A stretch of DNA of 60,607 nucleotides, counting the filler. It is 6 parts of 6 records of this genome, joined end to end, with 100 filler letters (N's around TTAATTAATTAA, not from the genome) between each part and the next. Parts side by side here need not be neighbours in the genome. Positions count along the whole stretch, not along the records: positions 13,143 to 23,618 come from DRR723986_667; positions 23,719 to 38,817 come from DRR723986_669; 4 more parts are not named here. The stretch is one strand, 5' to 3'. The notes below the pieces were generated by a model, which was given only the letters and a program-made list of their open reading frames with translations, was not told the origin of the DNA and made no database searches. Below are positions 20,088 through 30,020 of this stretch, in pieces. Positions within the stretch are counted from its first letter, which is position 1. Every line of letters begins with the position of its first letter. Position numbers and translations under genes: made by a program.

Positions 20088-20133
20088 TCCGGCCTCCTGC
20101 GTCCGGCCTCAGGATAGGCGAAGCGCGCAGGAA

Positions 20134-20168
20134 TTGACAAGCACACTAATAATCAGCATACTTACTAT
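20134..20168 (+). promoter_or_regulatory. Sigma70 promoter with overlapping MarR-type operator
   Basis: TTGACA-N17-CATACT. The imperfect palindrome ATAATCAG-CATA-CTTACTAT (20149-20168) covers the -10 box. Confidence 0.7.
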
Positions 20169-20190
20169 ATCGAATCTGAGGGAGGACGCC

Positions 20191-21228
20191 ATGGGCGAGC
20201 AATTGGGCACGTTGGAAGAGCTGCCACAGGACTATCGCGATGACATGACGGCAGCGGGGGTCGCGCCGCTGTGGCCGATGATGCGTAACGTGCTGCCGCA
20301 TGGGGCACCCAACCCCGTCACCAAGCCGGGTCACTGGAGCTATGGCGCCGTCCGACCGCTGCTGCTGCGCGCGGGTGATCTGACGCCGGTGGAAAAAGCC
20401 GAACGTCGGGTTCTGGTCCTCTCTGATCCCGGTCGCGGGGCAGGGGCCATGCAGGCGACCTCCTCGATCTATCTGGGGATGCAGCTGCTTTTGCCCGGTG
20501 AAACCGCACCGGCCCATGTTCACACGCCATCCGCCGTGCGGATCGTGGTAGAGGGCACCGGCGGCTATACCGTGGTGGACGGGGAAAAGCTGCCGATGGA
20601 GGAGGGCGATCTTGTCCTGACCCCCGGCGGCGAATGGCACGATCACGGGCATGAGGGGACGGAACCCGTGGTCTGGCTCGACGCGCTCGACCTGCCGCTT
20701 TTCGTTTATCTCGAGGGCTCCTACGCCACCGAAGGCCCGCTTCAGGCGCAGCGCAATCGCCCCGATGCCAGCCAGGTGGAATATCTGTCCTCCGGTCTTG
20801 CCCCAAGCCGCAAACTGGGTGCGGGCACCCGGCGCTACCCGATGATGCGCTACCCTTGGGGTCGGACCGAGGCCGCGCTGAATGAAATGGCCGCCTATAC
20901 CGATGGCGACTGCGCGGAACTGGACTATGTGAACCCTGAAACCGGGGCGGATGTGCTGCCAACCATGGGCTTTACCGCGATGCGGATCGGGGCGGGTCAG
21001 CGTCATGCGCCGCCGCTAAGGTCTTCCTCTGCCGCCTTCCACGTCGTGAAGGGGCGGGGTAAAACCACCATCAATGGCGAAGTGATCGAATGGGGCCCGA
21101 AAGATACCTTTACCGCCCCTGTCTTTGCTGAAATCACCCATGAAGTGGGCGAAGACGCCTATCTGGTGCGCGTCCATGACCGCCCGCTTCAGGACAAGCT
21201 AGGCTATTACGAGGAACGCGCACGATGA
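20191..21228 (+). CDS. Gentisate 1,2-dioxygenase-like cupin
   Basis: AERRVLVL, PGETAPAHVHT and GDLVLTPGGEWHDH. GGAGG RBS. Confidence 0.9.
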   Translation: MGEQLGTLEELPQDYRDDMTAAGVAPLWPMMRNVLPHGAPNPVTKPGHWSYGAVRPLLLRAGDLTPVEKAERRVLVLSDPGRGAGAMQATSSIYLGMQLLLPGETAPAHVHTPSAVRIVVEGTGGYTVVDGEKLPMEEGDLVLTPGGEWHDHGHEGTEPVVWLDALDLPLFVYLEGSYATEGPLQAQRNRPDASQVEYLSSGLAPSRKLGAGTRRYPMMRYPWGRTEAALNEMAAYTDGDCAELDYVNPETGADVLPTMGFTAMRIGAGQRHAPPLRSSSAAFHVVKGRGKTTINGEVIEWGPKDTFTAPVFAEITHEVGEDAYLVRVHDRPLQDKLGYYEERAR

Positions 21229-21923
21229 CCGACTATCTGTTCGACACCCCCAAGGTGCAGTCCATCCCCGTCAAGGGGGAAGCTGCCGCATACCCGGTGC
21301 ACCGCATCTTCTGCGTGGGCCGCAACTATGCCGCGCACGCCGCGGAAATGGGGGTGGAGGTCGACCGAGAGGCGCCCTTCTATTTCACCAAATCGACGCA
21401 AGCGGTGCTGGCCAGCGGATCGACGCTGCCCTACCCGCCGGGGACCGAGAACTTCCACTATGAAATGGAACTGGTGCTGGTCATCGGCAAGCCGGTTTTT
21501 CGCGCTTCGGTCTTGGACGCGGCGGGTGCGATCTATGCCTATGGCTGCGGTCTCGACATGACGCGCCGCGATCTGCAACTTGCGGCCCGCGCCAAGCAAC
21601 GGCCGTGGGATCTGGGCAAGGATGTAGAAGGCTCTGCGGTGCTGACCGGCCTGACCAAAGCGGGCGACATAGGCGAGATCGGTCCGCAGCGCATTCATCT
21701 GGAGGTGAATGGCGAGGTCCGGCAGGATGCGACCCTGAACGACCTCATCCATGGCGTGGCAGAAATCGTGGCGGACCTGTCCAAGTTCTACCACCTTGCC
21801 CCCGGCGACGTGATCATGACCGGAACGCCCGCGGGGGTCGGCCCGGTTGTGGCGGGCGACGTGATCACCGGTGGCGTTGACGGGCTCGATCCGATCAGCC
21901 TGACCATCGGCGCGCCGGAATGA
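21225..21923 (+). CDS. Fumarylpyruvate hydrolase (FAH family)
   Basis: RIFCVGRNYAAHAAEMG, HYEMEL and GDVIMTGTPAGVG. Confidence 0.9.
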   Translation: MTDYLFDTPKVQSIPVKGEAAAYPVHRIFCVGRNYAAHAAEMGVEVDREAPFYFTKSTQAVLASGSTLPYPPGTENFHYEMELVLVIGKPVFRASVLDAAGAIYAYGCGLDMTRRDLQLAARAKQRPWDLGKDVEGSAVLTGLTKAGDIGEIGPQRIHLEVNGEVRQDATLNDLIHGVAEIVADLSKFYHLAPGDVIMTGTPAGVGPVVAGDVITGGVDGLDPISLTIGAPE

Positions 21924-22570
21924 TCCACGTCCACGGATATTTCCGCAGCTCCTCTGCCTATCGGGTGCGCATTGCGCTCAATCTCAAGGGCGTGGCGCAT
22001 GACTTTACCTCGGTGCATCTGCGCCGGGGGGGCGGGGAACAGAAAAGCCCCGCGTTTCGGGCGCTGAACCCGCAGGCACTGGTGCCCGCGCTGGAGGCGG
22101 ATGGTCTTGTTCTGACGCAGTCGCTGGCCATCGTCGAATGGCTGGAAGAGACCTATCCGGATCCCGCGCTGCTTCCCGCCGACAAAGACCTTCGTGCGCA
22201 GGTCCGGGCTTTCGCGCAGGTCATCGCCTGCGACGTGCATCCGCTGCAAAACCTGCGTGTGCTGGACTATCTGGAACAGCAGTTTGGCGCAGATCAGGCG
22301 GTGAAAGATGCCTGGTGCCAGCGCTGGATCGGGGATGGGCTGGAGGCGTGCGAGGCGCTGCTGGCCAAGCAGACCCATGGTGGCGCGTTCTGCTTTGGCG
22401 ACATGCCGGGTCTGGCCGATATCTGTCTTGTTCCGCAGGTCTTCTCGGCGGCGCGCTTCAAGCTTGATATCGGCCACCTGACACGGGTGAACGCGGTCTA
22501 TGACGCCTGTCAGGCGCTGCCCGCTTTCGCCGACGCGGCCCCCGGCCTGCAACCCGACGCGGAACCGTAG
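21920..22570 (+). CDS. maiA: Maleylpyruvate/maleylacetoacetate isomerase (GST zeta)
   Basis: YFRSSSAYRVRIALNLKG, NPQALVP, IACDVHPLQNLRVL and QPDAE. Confidence 0.93.
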   Translation: MIHVHGYFRSSSAYRVRIALNLKGVAHDFTSVHLRRGGGEQKSPAFRALNPQALVPALEADGLVLTQSLAIVEWLEETYPDPALLPADKDLRAQVRAFAQVIACDVHPLQNLRVLDYLEQQFGADQAVKDAWCQRWIGDGLEACEALLAKQTHGGAFCFGDMPGLADICLVPQVFSAARFKLDIGHLTRVNAVYDACQALPAFADAAPGLQPDAEP

Positions 22571-22676
22571 CGTACCGCAAGACAGCTTATTCAGTTTCCC
22601 GAACCGGAAACGCCCCGCCCACGTGTCGGTCACGCGGGCGATCAGGACAGTCATGCTTCGAGAAGGAGTACACCAA

Positions 22677-23618
22677 ATGACGCAAGACAGGATTATCATT
22701 GCAGGCGGCGGCATTGGCGGGCTGGCGACAGCCATCGGCCTTGCGCAAAAGGGCATCCGCTCGCTGGTGCTGGAAAAAGCCCCGGAACTGGGTGAAATCG
22801 GTGCGGGCATTCAGCTTGGCCCCAATGCGTTTCATGCCTTTGACTATCTGGGTGTAGGCGATGCGGCCCGGAATATGGCGGTCTATATCGACAACCTGCG
22901 CCTGATGGATGCCATGAGCGGCCATGAAATCACCCGCATCCCGCTGGACGACGCCTTTCGCACCCGCTTCGGCAACCCTTATGCGGTGGTCCATCGCGGC
23001 GATCTGCACGGGGTGTTTCTGCGCGCCTGCCGGGATCATGACCTGGTAGAGCTGCGCACCAGTGCAGGTGTTGCGGACTACGATCAGGATGACGCCAGCG
23101 CGACAGCCATCCTTGAAAGCGGCGAACGGGTGACGGGCCGGGCGTTGATCGGGGCGGACGGGCTTTGGTCCAATATCCGCAAGCGCGTCGTCGGTGACGG
23201 CAAGCCGCGCGTGTCGGGTCACACCACCTATCGCAGCGTGATCCCGGTCGAGGACATGCCCGAGGATCTGCGCTGGAACGCGGCCACCCTGTGGGCCGGG
23301 CCGAAATGCCATATCGTGCATTATCCGCTATCGGGCTGGAAGCTCTTTAATCTCGTGGTGACCTATCACAACGATGCGGCGGAGCCGGTGGCGGGCAAAC
23401 CTGTCAGCCATGACGAGGTGCGCCGGGGGTTCGAACATGTGAACCCGGTCGCCCGGCAGATCATCGAAAAGGGCAAGGACTGGAAACTGTGGGTGCTGTG
23501 TGACCGTGACCCGGTGATGAACTGGCAGGACGGGCGCGTGGTGCTGCTTGGCGATGCCGCACATCCGCAGTTGCAGTATTTCGCGCAAGGCGCCTGCATG
23601 GCGATGGAGGACGCGGTG
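22677..23618 (+). CDS. 3-hydroxybenzoate 6-monooxygenase-like flavoprotein, 3' truncated
   Basis: GGGIGGLA, EIGAGIQLGPNA, GADG and GDAAHPQLQYFAQGACMAMED. AAGGAG RBS. Confidence 0.88.
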
Positions 23619-23718
23619 NNNNNNNNNNNNNNNNNNNNNNNNNNNNNNNNNNNNNNNNNNNNTTAATTAATTAANNNNNNNNNNNNNNNNNNNNNNNNNN
23701 NNNNNNNNNNNNNNNNNN
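23619..23718. other. Artificial contig spacer
   Basis: N44-TTAATTAATTAA-N44. Confidence 0.97.
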
Positions 23719-23974
23719 CTGGTGCTGGGGCTTTGGCTGGGGCGATGACGCGATCGACCCCAAGACGCGCAGCATGATGAACCTCGCCATGATCGGGGCC
23801 TTGGGCAAGATGCACGAATGGGAATTGCATTGCCGGGGGGCGCTGAACAATGGCGTCTCGAAAGAGGAAATCCGCGCCATCATCCATGTGGTGGCGATCT
23901 ATTGCGGCGTTCCGCAAGCGCTGGAATGCTTTCGCGCCGCCCGCAAGGTTCTGGAAGAGGCCGGCGAACTTTAG
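23719..23974 (+). CDS. Carboxymuconolactone decarboxylase family protein, 3' fragment
   Basis: KTRSMMNLAM...HCRGALNNGVSKEEI...VAIYCGVP. Confidence 0.85.
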
Positions 23975-24900
23975 GCGCGATAGCGGGTGGAGTCCTCGGT
24001 CAGGCGGATCAGGTCGGTGACGATCCGGTTGGCTGGGGTCGGGATGCCAAGCCGCTCGCCGATGCGCACCACCGCGCCGTTCAATGCGTCGATCTCGGTG
24101 CGTCGTCCGGCCATCCGGTCCTGCAACATCGACGGCTCATGATGCAAATGGTGGGCAAAGGCGTGCTCCATCATCGTGGTGACCTTGCCCTGCGAGGCGT
24201 TGACACCAGAGGCTTTCGCCACGGCAATCGCCTCGGCCGCCACCAAAGCTGCCAGCCTGCGACCTGCTTCTGACGCGCCGACCGATCCGGGTGTGCCGCC
24301 GGTCAGGGCGCAAACCGGGTTCAAAGCACAGTTGAACGTGGCCTTTTCCCAGATCGCCACGTCGATATCGGGTTCCAGCCGTGCGGTGATGCCGCCCTTG
24401 TCCATCAGTGCCGCAATCTTATGAAAGATCGGCAGATCCCGTCCGCTGGCACTGTAAAGGTCGGTCGTGGCCGCGCCGTGGGACGCCACCCGACCGGGGC
24501 CAAGGTATTCGGCGGGTGTCATCGTCATGCCCACGAGAATCCGCTCGCGGTCCACATGCGCGGCGATCCGGTCCACATTGCCGACGCCGTTTTGCAGGGA
24601 CAGCACATGCGCCCCGACCAGCAGCGATTTGACCGCCGTCAAAGCCGCATCGGTGTGAAACACCTTGGTGAACAGCAGCACCAGATCGGCGGGGCCTTGA
24701 AACGCCTCGGGCCGCATCGCGGGAAGGTGGTGGGTGCTGTCGCCTTCATCCAGCGCCACATGCAGCCCGCCCGCGTTGATCGCCGCGATATGGGCGTCAT
24801 TCACGTCGAGCAACGTCACCTCCGCCCCGGCCCGCGCCAGCCGCGCACCATAGACGGACCCCATGGCCCCGGCCCCCAGAACAGCGATCCGCATTGTCAT
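23971..24900 (-). CDS. Ketopantoate reductase (PanE/ApbA) family 2-oxoacid reductase
   Basis: VLGAGAMGS, SLQNG, WEK..N...N and SMLQD..AGRRTEIDALNG. Confidence 0.9.
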   Translation of the reverse strand: MTMRIAVLGAGAMGSVYGARLARAGAEVTLLDVNDAHIAAINAGGLHVALDEGDSTHHLPAMRPEAFQGPADLVLLFTKVFHTDAALTAVKSLLVGAHVLSLQNGVGNVDRIAAHVDRERILVGMTMTPAEYLGPGRVASHGAATTDLYSASGRDLPIFHKIAALMDKGGITARLEPDIDVAIWEKATFNCALNPVCALTGGTPGSVGASEAGRRLAALVAAEAIAVAKASGVNASQGKVTTMMEHAFAHHLHHEPSMLQDRMAGRRTEIDALNGAVVRIGERLGIPTPANRIVTDLIRLTEDSTRYRA

Positions 24901-25316
24901 CCTCCTGAGGCACCAAAGAGCGCCCGAACCTCGTCCGGCACCGGGCAGGAGGTGATCCCGCCGCCCTCCTTGCGGCGCACCAGAACCCGTTTTTCAAACC
25001 CTTCCACCGCCAGCACATCGCCGCGCATCAGCCGGTGTTCCACGTCAAAGCTGGACCGGCCAAAGCCGGTGATGGTGGTTTCGATCATCACTTCGTCGCC
25101 GTAGCTCGATGGCACGTGGAATGTCGCGCGTGTATCGACCATCGGAAAGCCAACCACCTGAAAACGGCGGACAAGCTCTGGCTTGGGCAGGCCAGCGGCC
25201 TTGAAATGATGTGCGGTCGAGGCGTCGAACCATGCGAAATAGCGCGGGTAGAAGACGATATCGGCCGGATCGCAATCGCCCCATTCGATCTGCACGTTGC
25301 GGTGACTTGTCAGCAT
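24897..25316 (-). CDS. 4-hydroxybenzoyl-CoA-type acyl-CoA thioesterase
   Basis: IEWGDCDPADIVFYPRYFAWFD and GRSSF. Confidence 0.9.
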   Translation of the reverse strand: MLTSHRNVQIEWGDCDPADIVFYPRYFAWFDASTAHHFKAAGLPKPELVRRFQVVGFPMVDTRATFHVPSSYGDEVMIETTITGFGRSSFDVEHRLMRGDVLAVEGFEKRVLVRRKEGGGITSCPVPDEVRALFGASGG

Positions 25317-25337
25317 CGGTTCGGTCCTTTCCTTGGG

Positions 25338-26813
25338 TCAGGCGCTGCGCAGGTTTGGGATGGCGGGCTCCGCCCCAAGGGCCTCGTCCAGTTTGGTGTG
25401 GCTGTCATCGGCCAGCGCCGCCGCGATAGCGCGACGCAAGGTGGGGGCCGCGTCGGTCATCTGACCACTGGCAAGGGCGGGGCGCACCACGCCCGCCATG
25501 ATCCGCGCATAGGCCGCTTTGCCCCGCATCAGCGTATCGGAATAGCCTTTCAGAACACGGGGCAGTTCGGCCAGGGCCTCAGCAAATTCAGGCGCGCGGG
25601 GCAGGGCGGATTCCATCGCTTCCAGCCATTCCGCAATTGCCGCCTGTTCCTGCGCGAAACGGTAGGACCGGCGTCGGATGCGGCCAAGACCCGCCATCAG
25701 GCGCAGCATCCAATAGCCCACGATACCGTTGGACCGGACATGGATACCGCGACCCATGAAGGGCAGACCCTTGCCCGCCTCCACCCGTGCCATGATCCGC
25801 GTGCCAAGGCGAACGGGCAGGATATCGGCGATCTCTTCGGCGCGGGGTTTCAGATATTCCGTCACCGTCATCACCTGTCCGGGCTGCATCTGCGCCTCGG
25901 ACCGGATGCGGGCGAAACGCTCGGGCCTTGTTTTCAGATTGGCCACGCGGGCCACATCCTCGTAGGCCATCCACAGGGCCAGACGGCGGCTGGCTTCCTT
26001 TACCGCATGGGCGGCACTTGGGATGGACAGGTCCGCCGCCGCAATCAACCGGTCGGCATGGGCGCGGAAGGTCTGACCATAGGCCGCGTCCTGATAGTCG
26101 GTACAGCGTTCCACCCCGAGGCGGATCACCTCGGCGATATCTGCGGGCAGGTCAGACGCGGCGGGCGCGGCCACGGGCGCGGGTGCGTCGCGCAAGCCCT
26201 GCACCGCTTGGGCGGCGGCATCAAAGCCTGCGCGGCTGGCTGTTGCGGACCGGCCTTCCCCCAGAACCGCGCGAGACCCCGCAATGTCCCAGGGCAACAC
26301 ACCGCTGCCCGCCAAGGCCCCGAACATGGTGGCACTGACGAAAGTGGCGCTGTCATCGGCGATCTGGCCCAGATCCAGCAGATAGCTGTCACGCGCCAAC
26401 GCCTCGGCCGTGCGCCGCACGTTGTCTTCGCTATAGCGCCCGTCGCCCAACTGGATCTTTTCCGCCGTCGAATAGGTGCGCGCGGTCGAGGATATGAGCG
26501 TCGTCAGCCTGGGTGAGACAAAGCCCGCCGCCATTACCCGCGCCGTTTCCACCAGTTCAGAGGATACCACGACATCGACCCGCCCCGGCATCGGCACGAG
26601 GCTGAGGACAGAGCCAGCCGCATCCTTGCCCGCGATCTCGATATAGTAGCTGGTCGATCCGGTGCGCTGTGCCACGCCCGGCACAGAAGTGGCTTGCGCA
26701 ACCAGCCCGGCATCCCGTGCCGCCTGCACAATCCAGTTCATCAACACGCCGCCGCCTTCGCCGCCAAGGGCCGCCAGCAGGATGCGCAGGGGGGGATGTT
26801 CCGCGCGCGTCAT
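25338..26813 (-). CDS. iorB: Indolepyruvate:ferredoxin oxidoreductase beta-family subunit
   Basis: AALGGEGGGVL, TSVPGVAQRTGST and LALWMAYED. ATGA overlap with iorA. Confidence 0.88.
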   Translation of the reverse strand: MTRAEHPPLRILLAALGGEGGGVLMNWIVQAARDAGLVAQATSVPGVAQRTGSTSYYIEIAGKDAAGSVLSLVPMPGRVDVVVSSELVETARVMAAGFVSPRLTTLISSTARTYSTAEKIQLGDGRYSEDNVRRTAEALARDSYLLDLGQIADDSATFVSATMFGALAGSGVLPWDIAGSRAVLGEGRSATASRAGFDAAAQAVQGLRDAPAPVAAPAASDLPADIAEVIRLGVERCTDYQDAAYGQTFRAHADRLIAAADLSIPSAAHAVKEASRRLALWMAYEDVARVANLKTRPERFARIRSEAQMQPGQVMTVTEYLKPRAEEIADILPVRLGTRIMARVEAGKGLPFMGRGIHVRSNGIVGYWMLRLMAGLGRIRRRSYRFAQEQAAIAEWLEAMESALPRAPEFAEALAELPRVLKGYSDTLMRGKAAYARIMAGVVRPALASGQMTDAAPTLRRAIAAALADDSHTKLDEALGAEPAIPNLRSA

Positions 26814-28957
26814 GCCACCGCCCCCAAGGTGAACAGTCTGCGCAACCGGCTGCACGTTTTGTCCCACCAACCGGGATTGCTGATCACCTCGGCCCGCCAG
26901 AAGGATGGGCAGAGCGTCGCCGCATGGGCGACCTCGCCGCACAGCCCGCAGCCGACGCAGCCATTGGTGACATGCGCGACCGGATCGGTTTTCAGCGGGT
27001 CGGTCGCGGTTTTCACGGTCAGGGTCGGGCAGCCTGACAGGCGGATGCAGGAATGATCGCCCGTGCAGGTGTCTTCATCGACGCCATACCGCGTTCGCAC
27101 CACCCGTTCGCCAGCGGCCAGCGCCTTGGCCCGGATGGGCTTTATCCGGCGTTGGCGTTCCAGCTGGCATTCCCCCTCGGCCACGATGACCTTCAGCCCG
27201 TTGAACTTGGTCGAAAACGCCTCGCGCAGCGTGTCGCGCATTTGCGAGACCTTGTAAGTATGCACCGTGCGCAGCCATTTGACGCCGACGCCCTTCAGCG
27301 CGTCCTCGATCGTGGTTTCGCCATGCGTCGCGCTTTGTTCCGCTGCCGCCAGTTTCATTGCGGGATCGGGCGAGGAGATGACCTCCTGCGTGCCGGTGGC
27401 CGAGGTGTAGCCGTTCTTCATGATCACAAGTACCCCGTCGCCGCCATTCAATAGCCGAGAGGTCACGCCCGACAGCAAGCCGTTGTGCCAGAAGCCGCCA
27501 TCGCCCATCACGGCGAGCGGGCGTTTTTGCTGAAAACTGGCGACCGAGGCGTTGGAGGCAAGGCTCATCCCATAGCCAAGAATGGAGTTGCCGAAGTTGA
27601 ACGGCGCGAAGGTCGCAAAAGCGTGGCAACCGATATCGGCGGAGTAGTGGACCGGCCCGATTTCCTGCTTGGTCAATTTCAGCGCGGCGAAGAAGGGCCG
27701 CTCCGGGCAGCCGGTGCAAAAGCTTGGCGGGCGCGGGGGGACTGGGGCGGCCAGTAACCGCTGTGCCTCTGCCCGGAGCGCCTCGATCTCCTCGGCATAG
27801 GCGGTGTCGCCCAACTGGTTGCCGATGCCCGGCAGGTGGTCGCGCAGGAAGGTGCCGACGCCTTTGGCCATGACCTCGGACGTGTATTCGCCCGCCAGGG
27901 GCAGAATGTCCTTGCCCGCCAGCACCACCGGCGATTTCGCGCGGCGCAGGATCGTCCCGATCTCATTCTCGATATATTCCGGCTGGCCCTCTTCCAGCAC
28001 CAGCACCGCGCGCTTGCCGTCCGTGAAGCCGATGATTTCCTCGGGCACCAGAGGATAGACGACATTCAGCGCCATGATTGGAAGGTCGCACTTGCCGGTC
28101 GCATCGGCCAGCCCCAGTTCTGACAGCGCCCGGATCAGCGCATTATAGAGCCCGCCCTGAACGATGATCCCCACTTCGCCCTGCGAGCCGTCAAAGACCT
28201 CGTTCAGGCGGTGTTCTTTGATAAATGCCCGCGCAGCGGCCATGCGCTCGCTGCTTTTCTTGCGCTCATGGCCGAAGGTCACAGGCGGGTGCGCCAGTTG
28301 TTCGTACTGATGCGGCGCGGGTTCCGCCAGCAACTGCCGCCCCGAAATCGCAGGTGCGACATTGTCCTTTGCCTCGAACGACCCCTGCACATGACAGGCA
28401 CGAATGCGCAGCTCCATCATCACCGGTGTGTTCGACGCCTCTGACAGCTCGAACGCCCGTTCAACGCAATTCACGATACTTGGCAGGTTCGGGCGCGGGT
28501 CCATCAGCCACAGGGTCGATTTCATCGCATAGGCATGGGTGCGTTCCTGAATGACGCTGGATCCTTCGCCGTAATCCTCGCCCACGATGATCAGCGCGCC
28601 GCCCATGACGCCGGGTGAGGCGAGGTTTGACAGCGCGTCAGCGGCCACATTGGTGCCGACAATGGATTTCCATGTCACCGCGCCGCGCACCGGGTACATG
28701 ATCGAGGCCCCCAGCATCGCCGCGGCGGATGCTTCGTTGGTGCAGGGTTCCACATGGACGCCCAGTTCCGCCATGTCCGGGGCGGCTTGCACCATCACGT
28801 CGATCAGATGCGATACCGGCGCGCCCTGATAGCCGCCCACATAGGACACGCCCGATTGCAGCAGGGCCTTGGTGACGGCGAGGATGCCTTCACCGTGAAA
28901 GGTTTCGCCCGCGCCGAGCTTCAGCTTTTCGATTTCCTTGGCGAATGAGACTTCCAT
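26810..28957 (-). CDS. iorA: Indolepyruvate:ferredoxin oxidoreductase alpha subunit
   Basis: GGYQGAP, FCTGCPERP, DIGCH, GDGGFWHNG (TPP-binding) and C-terminal ferredoxin motif CVGCGLC. GGAGG RBS. Confidence 0.92.
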   Translation of the reverse strand: MEVSFAKEIEKLKLGAGETFHGEGILAVTKALLQSGVSYVGGYQGAPVSHLIDVMVQAAPDMAELGVHVEPCTNEASAAAMLGASIMYPVRGAVTWKSIVGTNVAADALSNLASPGVMGGALIIVGEDYGEGSSVIQERTHAYAMKSTLWLMDPRPNLPSIVNCVERAFELSEASNTPVMMELRIRACHVQGSFEAKDNVAPAISGRQLLAEPAPHQYEQLAHPPVTFGHERKKSSERMAAARAFIKEHRLNEVFDGSQGEVGIIVQGGLYNALIRALSELGLADATGKCDLPIMALNVVYPLVPEEIIGFTDGKRAVLVLEEGQPEYIENEIGTILRRAKSPVVLAGKDILPLAGEYTSEVMAKGVGTFLRDHLPGIGNQLGDTAYAEEIEALRAEAQRLLAAPVPPRPPSFCTGCPERPFFAALKLTKQEIGPVHYSADIGCHAFATFAPFNFGNSILGYGMSLASNASVASFQQKRPLAVMGDGGFWHNGLLSGVTSRLLNGGDGVLVIMKNGYTSATGTQEVISSPDPAMKLAAAEQSATHGETTIEDALKGVGVKWLRTVHTYKVSQMRDTLREAFSTKFNGLKVIVAEGECQLERQRRIKPIRAKALAAGERVVRTRYGVDEDTCTGDHSCIRLSGCPTLTVKTATDPLKTDPVAHVTNGCVGCGLCGEVAHAATLCPSFWRAEVISNPGWWDKTCSRLRRLFTLGAVA

Positions 28958-29037
28958 GCGCGGCCCTCCCCGGATCGCGGTCAGCATCCGGTGCAAAGGC
29001 CCTTTCGTCAAACGGATACGCAGAATAGACTGCATTC

Positions 29038-29946
29038 ATGAAATCAATAAAGATACGCGCCCTTGACCTGAACCTGCTGCGGATGCTGGTGGCGCTGGAT
29101 GACACGCGGTCGGTGTCTCAGGCGGGCGAGAGGCTGGGCCTCAGCCAGCCTGCCGCAAGCAATGCGCTGTCCCGGCTGCGGCTGGCGCTTGACGACCCGC
29201 TGTTCCTGCGCAGCAAGGAGGGCATGATGCCCACGGGCTATGCCGAGACGATCCTGCCAGAAATCCGATCCCATCTGGCGGGCCTGTTCACCGCGCTGGA
29301 ACGCGGCACGCAGTTCGATCCCGCATCCAGCAGCCGGGTGTTCCGCCTGTCGCTGTCAGGTCTGGGCGAGGCGGTTTTTCTGCCCGGGCTGGCGGTTCGA
29401 CTGTTTCAGGCCGGGCCTGGCCTGCGGCTGGTCAACACCGCCACCCCGACCGAGGCTCTGGCAACAGCGCTGGAGCTCGGCGACGTGGATCTGGCGATCG
29501 GCATGGTCGCGCTGTCGGCACGCGGCGTTCGGTCTGAAACGCTGTTCAACGAGGATTACGTGGCTGTTACGGGGCCGGGGCTGGCGCAGCCGCCGCGCAG
29601 TCTGGACGATCTGCGTGACATGCAGCTTATGGTGCCAGCCCCGGCCACGACATTCGGCAGCGCCATCGACAGCGCGTTGCAGGCCATAGGATTGGCCGAC
29701 CGGGTCGTGCTGAGGTTGGGACATTTCGGGGCGTTACCGCAATTGCTGGCCCAGCTTGATCTGGTGGCTGTGGTGCCGCGCCAACTGGCCGACCAACTGG
29801 CCGGGGCCGGGCTGGCGCGGATTTTGCCCATCAGGATATCCGACACTGCCAGCCCGATCTGCATGATCTGGCATGACCGAACCGATACCGACCCGGCCGC
29901 GATCTGGTTGCGCGCCCTTGTTCGGGGCCTTTTCGGCCCGCAATGA
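29038..29946 (+). CDS. LysR family regulator (NahR/DntR-like)
   Basis: DLNLLRML...LSQPAASNALSRLR...DPLFLR. Divergent from iorA. Confidence 0.93.
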   Translation: MKSIKIRALDLNLLRMLVALDDTRSVSQAGERLGLSQPAASNALSRLRLALDDPLFLRSKEGMMPTGYAETILPEIRSHLAGLFTALERGTQFDPASSSRVFRLSLSGLGEAVFLPGLAVRLFQAGPGLRLVNTATPTEALATALELGDVDLAIGMVALSARGVRSETLFNEDYVAVTGPGLAQPPRSLDDLRDMQLMVPAPATTFGSAIDSALQAIGLADRVVLRLGHFGALPQLLAQLDLVAVVPRQLADQLAGAGLARILPIRISDTASPICMIWHDRTDTDPAAIWLRALVRGLFGPQ

Positions 29947-30020
29947 ACGCGGCTCTTTGAGGACTTGCGTCATCGGGCGCGGAAGAACGATAAGGAACAG
30001 GACGATGAAAAGGCCCGGCA

